Source: Eledone cirrhosa
Taxonomy: Eukaryota
Reading direction: 5' to 3'
DNA: 64,000 bases
NCBI GenBank assembly: GCA_964016885.1
Contig: OZ024740.1
Coordinates: 367,412,001 to 367,476,000 of the forward strand
The notes under the pieces are model-generated. The model ran no database searches. It was not told the origin of the DNA and saw nothing but the letters and a program-made list of their open reading frames with translations. Within the stretch, counting starts at the first letter, position 1, and each line of letters opens with the position of its first letter. Of the stretch, positions 13,604 to 27,512 are shown in pieces. The position numbers and the translations under genes are program-made.

Positions 13604-13691
13604 TTTAATTCAGTCAGCAGAAGACTGAACAAGTGTTTCATCATGCACTGTCCCACGAGTTTGAAAATGTTGGATGAAGCCCACCTCCGAC
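13604..13691 (-). CDS. Candidate internal exon of unidentified host gene (GRRWASSNIFKLVGQCMMKHLFSLLLTELK)
   Basis: AG/GT boundaries (ctag | ... | gtgagc), open frame, phase-compatible with the candidate exon 14869-14931. No homology recognised. Confidence 0.3.
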
Positions 13692-13766
13692 CTAGACACC
13701 CACATAAATGAAATATATTGGATTTAGCGAATGGAATCGACAAATATTCGTCGTTCATGCCTTTCT

Positions 13767-13928
13767 CTTAGTTATTGGTTGTTCAAATAAAATAAATACA
13801 ACTGCGTTTCGAATGATGTTTTATGACTACCGTACTTGCATGCACACTCACAAACATCATCGAAATGTTCAAAGAATTCCGGAGAAATGTCAGTTGGTGA
13901 ATTGTTGATGCTATTTGTCCGTTCTGCT

Positions 13929-14020
<92 letters not shown>

Positions 14021-14675
14021 ACTCGATACTTGGTATGATGCAGAGTTGTTATATTATAAAAGTATAGGATCTACTGCGATCTCGGCGGTTTCAGCTAGAA
14101 GAAACCACCGAGCTTGTGGTAGATCCTCTACATTTACTTATAAATATATATATATATGTGTGTGTTTGTATATGTGTGTGTGTGTGTGTGCGTGTGTCTG
14201 TGTGTGTGGGAGTGTGTCTCTGCTTGTGTGTGTATGTAAAAGGTAAACAATATATATATGTCGAAGCAGAACAGACAAATAGCATCAACAATTCACCAAC
14301 TGACATTTCTCCGGAATTCTTTGAAGATTTCGATGACGTTTGTGAGTGTGCATGCAAGTACGGTAGTCATAAAACATCATTCGAAACGCAGTTGTATTTA
14401 TATTTATTTTATTTGTACAACCAATAACTAAGGATATCCGAACAACTCTGTTGAACTGGTACAATGTTGGCCATGTACAACACATCAGAATTAAGGTATG
14501 TTGCAGCATTCATACAGACACATAAATATATACACATACGCACGCAATATACATATGCATACGGATACATATAGCCATCTATTCTTCAATACATACATTC
14601 CTACACCTCCCAGCCTACACACACACATATATACTCTTTTACTCTTTTACCTGCTTCAGCCATCCGGCTGAGGCC

Positions 14676-14757
<82 letters not shown>

Positions 14758-15022
14758 GGATACTATTTATAGTTATGTATATTTTAAACTATAAACACGG
14801 AAGGTCAGTAATTTATTACTACCTTATTACCAGTAAGATAAATAGCTCAATGTAATAACATCAGTAACCTGCGTTGGATATGAAGTCAATTATATGTACA
14901 AACATTGAAAAATGCTCCGAAGACTCCAAGCCTAGGTTTGGATGAAACAATTGTAAGTGAATAAATGCTTTGAACATAGCTTTGATTCTTGTGAATTATA
15001 TATATCTCTCTATATATATATG

Positions 15023-15053
<31 letters not shown>

Positions 15054-15227
15054 AGGAATGTATGTATTGAATAATAGATGGCTATATGTATCCGTATGCA
15101 TATGTATATTGCATGCGTATGTGTATATATTTATGTGTCTGTATGAATGCTGCAACATACCTTAATTCTGATGTGTTGTACATGGCCAACATTGTACCAG
15201 TTCAACAGAGTTGTTCGGATATCCTTA
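13767..15227. repeat. Double inverted duplication X...X'Y'...Y joined at CTTA/TAAG
   Basis: 13767-13932 is the reverse complement of 14261-14432; 14429-14606 is the reverse complement of ~15050-15227. Confidence 0.9.
14869..14931 (-). CDS. Candidate 63-nt exon (LESSEHFSMFVHIIDFISNA)
   Basis: cctag acceptor, weak gttact donor, phase 1-1; joins 13604-13691 in frame. Confidence 0.25.
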
Positions 15228-16589
15228 TACGTAACGTGTGCCATCTCATTTGCAAAAGCCATATAAAATGACAATCAGGGTTTCATCTGACAATATTGAT
15301 TTCAACATTCATAATAAAAAACAGTTGCAACTCATCTCTACACTCAATTTCTTCACCACGATTCCAAAATGAATTTGGGTAAAAGTACTTGTAATATGTT
15401 GTATTCCGTTTACTCCTCAAGTTTCACAGATGAGAAGTGTGATGTTTGACAGAATAACATATCATTTAATGTGTTCTCCGTGTCTGGAACATGGATGTTG
15501 ATTGATTAATGTCAAAAATAGATTTTAGAAACGATACACTCAAAAGCTTAAGTTTAATAAACCATTTATCTGCAATGGCATACATAAATCATGCAAAAAC
15601 GGCTAATTAAGTCACAATTTCAATCCATTTTACACTTCAAAAGATATGAATTACTTTCACTCGAATACAGTAACTAATTATGGGCAGATAATCTGTATGT
15701 AATATCTGTGCCATATGTACGATGTACTTAAATGGCTAATTATTGTATCTGATAGCAAGGCCGCCTGAAATGACTATGTCTCATTTTTAAGATGATCTCT
15801 TAAAATATCTATTTTTCCAGAACTACTTATGTGTTCTTATATATCATTTCAGGAAATGTATGCCAATTATATAATAGTAAGTATACTTACAGTACTGTGT
15901 ATAATATAGAAATTGTGTCTATATATAACCAAGCGATGTAACTATGTCAAGAACACAGCACGACGTCATTGAAGAAAGACCTTATCTAGTTAACCTGTAG
16001 TGTGTTATTTTAACAACAGAGATTTGCTTGGTCTTTATATACATCTACACGAAGAAACATAATTGCAATTAAAAATGCGGGAATAAAAAAAATTGCCAAC
16101 GGAAGAAAAGTTTCATTTGAATTTAAAATCAATTTAAAACAAAAAGTAAGCAAACAGTTTTTTTACGTAAATCAGAATAAAATATAAAAACAAACAAACA
16201 ACAGACAACACTAAAATGTTCTAGCCCTCATTTTTTATTATTTGTTCTACGAAAATAACGACACGAGAAAAACACAAAAAAATATCATAATAAAAAAAAA
16301 AAATTCTCCCGCAGGATTATGTTTAAAATCAACATTGGAACATATGAAGTGAAACTGAAAATTTAACAAGTAATATTTTGATGTTAGGTAGGATTACTAC
16401 CATTGCGTGAGCTGAACGGGAGTTTCATTCCATTCGTCAATTTCGATTATATTTTGGGATATAGATTTCCCTCGAAGGATTAAATTTGGACTGAACCTTT
16501 AACTTACATTAATGTTTCATTACAAATAATCACAAATATTCCAGAAGGCCAAAACGTCATTAAAATGAGAATCATACACACACGCGCAC

Positions 16590-16748
<159 letters not shown>

Positions 16749-17294
16749 TATATATATGTATATATATATATATACATATATTTATGCGTTGAAATATTTC
16801 CTTTGCAAGATCCATGAAGTGAATTCGTGTGTCGAAGCAGATATTGTTATATTTGGGGATGGTTATGTTGTCAATATTGCCATTAAGAACACACTCACTA
16901 TTTGATTAACACCTCGGCTTAATTATTAGTTATTAGTGAATTTGTCAAAGTTCATTCGTCTCACATTCTATGAACTCCTCAATGAATATTTTTTCCATAT
17001 TTTGTTTCCTCCATATTGTCTTTACACTGAATATAACTGTGTTCCGTTAATCAACAATCTCTATTGTAGTCACTTGACGTGTGTATTTCCGAGATTGAGG
17101 GATGTGCAAAAGAAAGAGAAATCATTGCTAAAATGTTGGCACTAGCTTGGCGAATGCATGATATTATTAACACCAATATGGTAATATTGGACAGATAATA
17201 ATACGCACACACACATACTCAGACAGACAGGCAGACACACATTAACATAGTCACACACACGCACACACACACGCACACACACACACACACACAG

Positions 17295-17332
<38 letters not shown>

Positions 17333-18414
17333 CGTTATCCGACTCTGATTAAGAAACACTGACCACTGATACCTAAACATATTTTATATGACTTAAGCTA
17401 CATCGTCGCATATGTTTCCGTAGGTACTCAAAATTTCTTAATGTATTCGATTAATCGTAGTAGATTAATCCCACTTGCACCATAAATAATTATCTACTAC
17501 ATATGTGAAACTGTATGTGTGTATGCATTTTTGTATGTATACGTGTATGTCCAAAACAGAAAAACACATTGATTTTCGAAATCTGTGTCCCAAGGAGAAG
17601 GTTTTTGGAGAAATGGTGTTTCTTAATTCCGAAAAGAATAAAAGAAAAACAAACAAAAAGAAAATTATAGTAGCAGTAATCACTGTAACTGTGGCATTGT
17701 AAGTAGTCTGGATTTTATTGATAATCTCATGCATTACTTCAATGTGACCTTTTTATTCCATCCATCCCTGCCGTCAGCAAGGAGCATTGTTTTCGCTAAG
17801 TGGAAGAGAACTTTTCCCACAAAGGTCTCCCGATGTTTACATAACAAGCCCAAGATACAAGGTACAGCTCTACTGAGTAAATTTCCAATGAGACCCCCTT
17901 GGGTACTATGGTCTATTCATGGGTATGGGCTATGGAGATTAGGTAACAGGACATAAGCCACGGGGTGGATATTGTCTGGGAAGGAATAAAAAAAAATTGA
18001 AAGACAGACATTGAATGGTGAAAATTGCCAGGCAAAGCCGGGCTACTCTGTGATATATCTTATCATGAAGGCTGAAAATTAATGGTGCACACGGAATGAA
18101 TCTTCTATGACTAATCGGATACCCATAAAACTCGGATAACCGACAAACATGTAATATAGAGTACCTCTTTATTTGCTGAAGGCTCCTTTTTTACAATTAC
18201 AATTCACACTCATATCAGGAAATATGGTTCCCTTATTATATCATGTGACCACAACATGATTTCAGATATATCGATGCCAGATACAAGTGAGAGCTCTCAT
18301 CTATTACAAAAATAATAAACAACTTTCTTTTCCTTTTTTGATTCATCCCTTCATCCAATATGAAGCATTAATTTTGATTTTTGTAATTGCTCGAATATAT
18401 GCCGCTCGTCACAC

Positions 18415-18518
18415 CTGCATATATTTCTTCGCTATGTGGAGCAGTTTTGCGAGAGCGCATTGTATAATTAATAGTAGATCATCTGCAAAGCCACTGGGGT
18501 TCTTGACGTCGAGGTCAT
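18415..18518 (-). CDS. Candidate exon (DLDVKNPSGFADDLLLIIQCALAKLLHIAKKYMQ)
   Basis: Open, protein-like helical frame in non-repetitive DNA, with attag acceptor and gtgtga donor. Unverified. Confidence 0.3.
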
Positions 18519-18717
18519 CTAATTTAACTGATGATCGTCGCATGAATTACTGCTAAATACGAAATAAGCATGATGTTTATCGAGGCTTCCTCCTCTAGAA
18601 CCAACCTGTTTTGCTAAATATGAATATTTTAAAAAGTGAGTGCGGAAAGTTGTTAAACAGCACACACACACACACGCACGCAGGCACACACACACACGCA
18701 CACACACACACACACAC

Positions 18718-18767
<50 letters not shown>

Positions 18768-18778
18768 ACACACACACA

Positions 18779-18868
<90 letters not shown>

Positions 18869-20789
18869 GAAAAAATGAAGTTCGAAACAAAATAAATCAA
18901 ATTTATGTGTTGTACGCCGTTTAACAATGTTTCCACACCCACTCTTTAAATTATTCTGAACCACCGGAAAAATTATTCCTCATATGCTTGATATATAAAT
19001 AGAGATGTATAAGAAACTGGGGCTGAATAGAAAGAGACACAAGATCGAAATTGTGATTTGTCACTTATTTTATCTTTTCAGAAGTAATTCCAATATCATA
19101 CTTGTTTCAGCAAAGTTGAAACTGAAGTCACTATTTCATTATATCTGAAACATACATCTACGAACGTGTCAGCGTATATATAGAATCCTTTAAGAAACAA
19201 ATTCATAATATCGGTGGGCTCTGGGCTATTTTCCTTTTAAATTATACACATTACCCTATAGAAATGCATTGAATGGGTTCATTGAATGTATACTAGGAAG
19301 TGAAATGTGTTTAATCAAAAGGAGTAACAGTAAATACGTCATTCGAAAGTAATGTTTCGTTTGTATTAACAAAGAAATTCGAAATAAATTCATTGAATCG
19401 TCATATATTACTGCATTAATTTATACTATGAATGAAAAGATGGCATTATGAATAGTCCCTCGAGTTAAATATCCTTTATAGTATATAACTGTAATTTAAC
19501 TTGTGAACTATGCTTTTGTTGGGCTAGTGAAATGTCAGTTATATATTGTATGAACCATTTCAATGTTACGCTGAATACTTTGGCATTTTTGTAGATGTTA
19601 ATAACCCAGACAAGAATAGAGAATGCATGACATATAGTGAGTCATAATATGTCTCTTTACAATGATCAACAATTATAATAGTAGAAAAATTAGCTAACTA
19701 TTCAAGTGCTTTTCACGAAATGAAATTATCAGAACATATATACTAATATTCATGCAATCTTATGATTATAAAACAATATAAATAGACTTCTTGAAATACA
19801 CTCGTACTATTGGTAACACTATTTATCTTATAATAACGACGTATAATATTTATATAGTTTCAGACGGTTATGTTAATAATCGAATCGGCTTAGAATTCTA
19901 AGAGCAGACGATTTGTTTTCCATCATCAGCATTGTACTGTATTAACAAATCTTTTACACTTTGCTTGTTTGGCTCCACTGCTTGGGAGTTGCAAACATAC
20001 CCTATCCGGACATATCAGGCTCACTGCATAACTGATAATTATTTCATGAAATCCTATACGAAAAGGAACTCTTAACGAGTCAACAGGACATCGATCACTG
20101 CATAAAACATAATAATTAATGGAATGTTGCAATACTTTAATGTAAAATGAGTAAATAAGATTAACTCATCCTTATTTTATTTCGGTGCTTAACAAGTATA
20201 CAATTTTGCAAACTATTGATAAGTTTTGCCTTACAAAATGACGGACCAATAACATATTTAATTGTTGCGCTTGACTATATATTTCTTTTCCCCCAATTAT
20301 ATCTTACAAATAAATATTTTGTCCAATAAAATCGTATCACTTTATTCAACAATGATACTGGGCTGCTATAAAAATTACAGCAAACGTCAAAATTATCTAT
20401 ATCTTAACATTAAATTTACGTTTATACATTATAATTATATAAAATACACAAGTGTTCAAGCGTCGAATTAAATGCTTGACGTTATTTAATATGGCTACCT
20501 CTGTTTTGAGCTTCAGTATTTTCAAGTAGAAGAAATGGAGTGTGGTCTGTTTAGCTTTGAATCTTTCGCTTGGTATCACACATGCCCATGAGCAGTGCTT
20601 GGATATACTGTAGTCTGTTAGCATTGAAATCTTCGAATGGTATTCCAATGCCATGCTAGCAATGCACGAAAAGCCACGAGTTGTGATCAGAAATTGTATA
20701 TCATGTCTTTGCTATGCGAGTAGCGTGTCGGACTATATTCAGTTATGGCTTAACAATGTGATGACCTCCATGTGAGTGTCTATGGGTGT

Positions 20790-20834
<45 letters not shown>

Positions 20835-21438
20835 CGTGTGTGTGTGTGTGCGTATATATATATATATATATATAGTCAGCGTTGTCTTGAAAATCCTCGA
20901 GACGAACCGGGATGTATTAGAAATAATTTGCAAACTTGAACGCAAGGATTAGCGGTTATAGCAGCCTAATGCCATCGATGACAATAGCATGTACTTCAGC
21001 TAGAAACACCCCTAAGAGCAGAATCAGTAGCCACTAATGAAAAAAGGAAGTTGTGAGCTGTGTGACTGGTGGATGAAACAGGGATGATTGAGACAGGAGT
21101 GTGTGGAAACGTAGGAGTGATAAGTAAACAAGAAAGAAAGAAATGAAGACAAATGGAAATTATGGTTAAAATACGAATCAAGATTAAAGTTATCAATTTT
21201 ACAAGATGGTACAAAAACCACGGACGTAGCTGACTTCATCAGGTCTCAATATAGTGTAGTGAAAAATCAGAAGGTTATATCCAAAGTTGGTAGAGATCTT
21301 AGGTACAGAGTTACTTCCATAAAAATTATCAAAAGATTCAAGAATTGAAAATCCTTTTTAGGTGAAACGCATGGTTTCAAGTATGGTTTAGTAATTCCTG
21401 TAAAATTAACTCTCTCTCTGTCTTTCTCTCTCACCTTC

Positions 21439-21495
<57 letters not shown>

Positions 21496-21829
21496 ACCCG
21501 TGCGGAATTCCTTCCTTGCTCACATTTCGACTAGATTTGATGGTCTTTATTCTCTCTCGTTCATGATTTCACCGAACATGTATTCATGGAAATCTGGGAC
21601 TTGACTCTTTCTTCCTCACTTTTCGTTGCTTTACCATCTTTGTTTGCTTACACTCTCGCTCGTTCCCCTTATTTACGTGACCCAACGACTTTCTTTAGCC
21701 GTTGCTCGCACCAACAGGAGGTATATGGTGTTTAAAGCGATGAAATACTAATGATGGTTGGAAGATCACTGATGAAGGACTAACTTTATTCATATATATA
21801 TATATTCAAATACCAGGATAAACATTTTC

Positions 21830-21970
21830 ATTTAGTCCAGAATTAGCCGTCGAAACGGCTTGAGCTCAGCCGTCGGGGTCCTACTCGTTCCTATTACCCA
21901 CTCTACTACCATAAGTATTGAGTACTTTGGTGTGTTATGGTCCATCTGGTTCCTTACCACATTTCCTTCG
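21830..21970 (+). mobile_element. Terminal fragment of the 1981-5668 PLE family with HHR 3' half
   Basis: ttagtccagaattagccgtc GAAA cggct-tgagctc-agccg TC ggggtc...ggtccatctggttccttaccac, followed by (TA)n. Confidence 0.8.
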
Positions 21971-22005
<35 letters not shown>

Positions 22006-22601
22006 TATATATAGATATAGATATAGATATGCCTCTTGTCCTTGTTTGTGTATATAAATCAGGAGAGAAGAACAATTAAAATGAGAACTAAGAGAGTTGT
22101 AGTCTCTGGCCCATTTGCATTATTTTCCTCGCTATTTTAGTGATATTTAAAGAGAGGTCGTGTGGAACCGTTCGGATTTGCAGATGCAATTCAGATAATG
22201 ATCGAATTTCCACGTCCTTTCTTCATTGTTTCACACTGATTGTTTATATTATACAACAACAGTCACAATAAGGTGACCTGCGTGGTTGCATTGCTCAAAG
22301 GAATAGTTTGAGATTCGGGGTCTTACTCTCCAAATAGAAATGTATACATCGGCCGCCATGAGTGCGCATGACATTCAATCACTACGCATTTAAATTAATG
22401 AAGAATGGAGTGCATTATGTGATCAGAGAGAATAACTAATCAACAATCTTGCATGTATTCATGCATACACAGACACAACCATAGACACAGATACACACAC
22501 GCACACACACACACACATATATATATATACATGTGTATGTGTGTGTGTGCGTGTGTGTGTGTGTGTGTGTTTGTGTCTGTGTGTGTTGTGTCTGTATTTG
22601 C

Positions 22602-22715
<114 letters not shown>

Positions 22716-23337
22716 TATTAACGATCGTAAAATATATATATATATAAATTATTACGATCGTAAAATAATGAACTTTATTTGTTTAATATAAGGAACTGTT
22801 TCTTTGTTTATTCATTATTTTTTTAATAATTTATCTTGACTCTGTATTCCGTTTATCTTTCACCGAAAGTGATTTTTGAATGCATCTCTTCTTTTCATGA
22901 TATCCGGATCACATTGAGTTCTTCATACGGATTGGACACTACCGTAAACTTTTGGTAGATTTATCTACATATATATATATATATATATTTACACTGATAT
23001 GCTTATACTTAGATATATAGTACATGGGACATATTGCCACTGGACATTTAATTTAGATAAAAGAATTCTAAGTGATTTTCTGGAGGAATATTTCGTTCGG
23101 GAAGCGAATAGCTGTATTGCTCTGAGTATTGCAGGTTAAGGTAATAGTTAGTGTAAATCGAATCTTATTAATGATACTTGACGAAAATAGGTGATCTTGT
23201 CGAGAATCAACTCAAATTCTTTCATATCGTTGAAGGACAAATGCAAAAGAATTTCAATTAAAACATCACTCAATGGATCAAATTCTTACCATTTATTACA
23301 CACACGCACATACACACATCTACACACATCTACACAC

Positions 23338-23453
<116 letters not shown>

Positions 23454-23882
23454 CTTTACAAATTTTCTGCTATTTCTAGTAAATTGTGTTTCATGGCCAA
23501 GTCGGCAGTGTGGAAATCTTTCCCATGTTGATAATTCCGCGCATATGTACATTATTGTGCACAATGCTGGTTTTATTTCACTGGTGTTCTACTACAGGTA
23601 GAGACAACTTAACCTTCTTACTGTGGAACAGAAATCCTCTCTGATGATAAAGCAGTTGCTAGCAGATATAACTACCTGATTGAAATGGCAAATACTGTTA
23701 CTCTAGCTTGTAACACAAGGGAAACGTTTGTTAAGCCTTCTAGAGTTATGTCACATTAGGAGAAATTTACAACTGGGGTGACACGCATATAAGGCTTCTT
23801 TATGGCAAATTACTAAGTACTTTACTGCGATCTTCCTTTGGGCAATTCTAAGCCTTATTTGAGATAGTTTTATATTTTTGTA

Positions 23883-24740
23883 CACTAGCAGAATGGCCCG
23901 GCGTTGCTCGGGATTCTAAACCCAGATTGGTATGTTTATCCCTCCTTTATGAAACAGTACAGAGAAGTACGGAATACCTCGGCCTAGGGATGGTGTCTAC
24001 ATTTTGTGCTTATAAAAAAATTCGTCTTAGATTACCAGGGGCTTAACTTAATTGGGTGCCTGAGAGTAAAAACTTCAACCCTCAAACGCCAAGACGATAG
24101 GGTTAAGTAAAAAGGCATTCGACAAACCGAACATGCATTTGTTGTGCTATGGTACAAGGAAAGCAATAGTTACAAAGTAGTAAGCATGTCGGACTGCAGT
24201 GGTGGAGAGCAGGAAGGAATTTATTTGGATACTGTGAAGGTTACAGACCCTAACGCAACCAAAATGCTAAACAATGCGGTCCCCGGGCAAAAATTTGAAA
24301 TCTTTTCAGTCAAGAAAATTTGTGAAACGTACGTAATGCATATGCAAAATTAAAAAAAAAATCGGTTGGGTACTTCTTAAGTTACAGGCCCTAACGCAAC
24401 CAAAATGCTTTTAAAAAGCGGTTTTTCCCCTAATGCGGTCCCTGAGGCAAAAAATTAGAAAATCATTTTCGCTCAAAACACTTTAAACGACATAAGTAAT
24501 TCAGATTTTGAAGAAATCGTCTGGATTATTGTTCCGTTATGCCTCGAAAAAGCATTTAAAGCTTAAATATGCGATTTTTCGCCTAATGCGGTCCCTAGGG
24601 CATGGAGAATTTGAAATATTTTTTGCTCAAAACACTCACACGACCATATGTATTACATGTGTAAAGGTTGAAAAAAATCAGTTAGGTGGTCCTTGAGTTT
24701 TAGGGAAACAGACTGACATTCTCTGATTTATATATATATT
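23883..24740 (+). mobile_element. Non-autonomous Helitron/Helentron-like element
   Basis: Starts actagcagaatggcccggcgttgctcggg (terminal ACTAG plus GC-rich hairpin). Internal subrepeats (gttacag.ccctaacgcaaccaaaatgct x2; aatgcggtccc x3). Ends cagactgacattctctgatttatatata, resembling invertebrate rolling-circle MITEs. Confidence 0.55.
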
Positions 24741-24807
24741 TATAGTAATGGTAAATTTAAAGACCAAATTATAGGGAGGAATCGATAATGGTTTTATGTA
24801 TAGATAC

Positions 24808-24894
<87 letters not shown>

Positions 24895-24896
<2 letters not shown>

Positions 24897-24978
24897 TATT
24901 GAAGTTTCCTCTGAAAATTTTAAAAAGTCAGAGGAATGAAGAGTGCTCTATGTAAGTTATAGAGCTAAATGTTTAATG

Positions 24979-25022
<44 letters not shown>

Positions 25023-27512
25023 AACAATACAGTATAATTACCTCATTACCAGAGGTTTCCCGAATAAGACGAATACAAGACACGTCAGCATTCGTTCATC
25101 AGACAAGGCAATTTAAAACATAGTGAAATATTTGATAAATCTCCTCAAGAAAGGCAAAAGTTTAACGGGAAAAAAATAAATAAAAGTAATAATACAAGAG
25201 ATGTATAAAAAATAAAAATAAAGAAATATAGTAAGGGGATGTGTATAAATGTGTGTATATGCACCTACAAATATACATGTGTGTGTATATACAAATGCAT
25301 GTGTATAGTGAAAAAAATGTGTGCGTAAGTACATACATGAGGTCAAACATATTAGTGTATGTGTGACCAGAAATACGTATATATATATATGTTGAAAAAG
25401 GAATTGTAAGATAATGGAGTTAGCGTACATACAGACTCAGGGACTAAGGGCTGAAATATATACACATACAAGGATGATAGGACGCACGCGTATAAATAGA
25501 CATACACGCGCAACCACATACATGTATGTGATATATAAAGCAGTGTCGGACTGAATGGTCGAAACAAATATAAAAATATGATAAATTAATGAAATAATAT
25601 ATAAGATAAGAATAAAAAATTAAGGCAAAAAGAAAGTAAGTGGGAGGGGTTATAATATATAAAGTAACACTAGAAAAAATAAAGAAATAAAAAGTAGAAA
25701 ACATGCATATATGCGAACAAGCTGATACACACACATATATATATATAAATATATATACGTACAGACAAAAAAACAACATGCAGAAAAGCATACATACACA
25801 TACACGCATACATACATACATAAACACGCATACATACACACGATACATATATATGTACACATACATGCACATCTAATCACACGCATGAACGCGACCATAT
25901 ATATATAAGTATATATATACATACATATAAAAAACACATATACGTAAACGCACACATACACACACACATTTATACATACACGCACATATACGAATGCGTT
26001 CGTATACATATACGAACACATATACGGATATATGCACACACACGCATACATACATATATAAAAAACCAGCTGTATGAATAAATGGGTACAAAATATACGA
26101 AAGTAAACATACATAAAAGCGGTTGAGAGACGAAGGAAAATATCTGGTGTTTAAAACACTAGTGACCTCTGCTATCAGGTAGTGAAAGAAAAGGGGGAAG
26201 TAAAATATGTAAAATTATTAAGATATAAAGTAAGTGAATCAAATAGCAGGGGTGGGGGGTATTCACTAGTGGATGTGCAGTAAAAATAAAAATAAAAATG
26301 AAAATGAAAGATAAATGAAACTGGAAGAGAAGTCTGTAAAGAAGGTAAGTTAAGGAAAGTGGAGACCAAGAGTTTATGGAGGATAAGTGTCTGAAAGTGG
26401 GTTAAGTTTATATGAGCTGGAAAGCAAGTGTGATTTCATGTGCGGGCAACTGGTGAAAATTTCTGTTTTTTGCATTTAGGCAGGTTTTTGGTGATTTAAG
26501 GTTCTGTAAAATCCGTTTGTGTAAAATTCGTATGTGTGCGTGTATGTGTAAATATATGTGTGTATGTGTGCGTTTACGTATACGTGTTTTTTATATTTAG
26601 GTATATATATACTTATATATATATGGTCGCGTGCGTGCGTGTGATTAGATGTGCATGTATGTGTACATATATATGTATCGTGTGTATGTATGCGTGTTTA
26701 TGTATGTATGTATGCGTGTATGTGTATGTATGCTTTTCTGCATGTTGTTTTTTTGTCTGTACGTATATATATTTATATATATATATATGTGTGTATGAGC
26801 TTGTTCGCATATATGCATGTTTTCTACTTTTTATTTCTTTATTTTTTCTAGTGTTACTTTATATATTATAACCCCTCCCACTTACTTTCTTTTTGCCTTA
26901 ATTTTTTATTCTTATCTTATATATTATTTCATTAATTTATCATATTTTTATATTTGTATCGACCATTCAGTCCGACACTGCTTTATATATCACATACATG
27001 TATGTGGTTGCGCGTGTGTGTATATTTATACGCGTGCGTCCTTTCATCCTTGTATGTGTATATATTTCAGCCCTTAATCCCTGAGTCTGTATGTACGCTA
27101 ACTCCATTATCTTACAATTCCTATTTCAACATATATATATATACGTATTTCTGGTCACACATACACTAATATGTTTGACCTCATGTATGTACTTACGCAC
27201 ACATTGTTTCACTATACACATGCATTTGTATATACACACACATGTATATTTGTAGGTGCATATATGCACACATTTATACACATCCCCTTACTATATTTCT
27301 TTATTTTTATTTTTTATACATCTCTTGTATTATTACTTTTATTTATTTTTTTCCCGTTAAACTTTTGCTTTTCTTGAGGAGATTTATCAAATATTTCACT
27401 ATGTTTTAAATTGCCTTGTCTGATGAACGAATGCTGACGTGTCTTGTATTCGTCTTATTCGGGAAACCTCTGGTAATGAGGTAATTATACTGTCTTGTTT
27501 ATTATACATTAA
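24895..27512 (-). mobile_element. PLE 3' end with ~1-kb inverted duplication (fold-back)
   Basis: ~25020-26000 is the reverse complement of ~26520-27510. The spacer holds the ORF end (CPHMKSHLLSSSYKL on the minus strand, ~26380-26510). Same family as 37258-39832. Confidence 0.88.
27414..27490 (+). ncRNA. Hammerhead-like motif (mirror copy ~25030-25107; family copies ~37357-37430 and ~39745-39815 read CCGACGA)
   Basis: CTGATGA (27420-27426) acgaat...attcg.. GAAA cctc-tggtaat-gagg TA. Stem I is weak. Confidence 0.55.
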
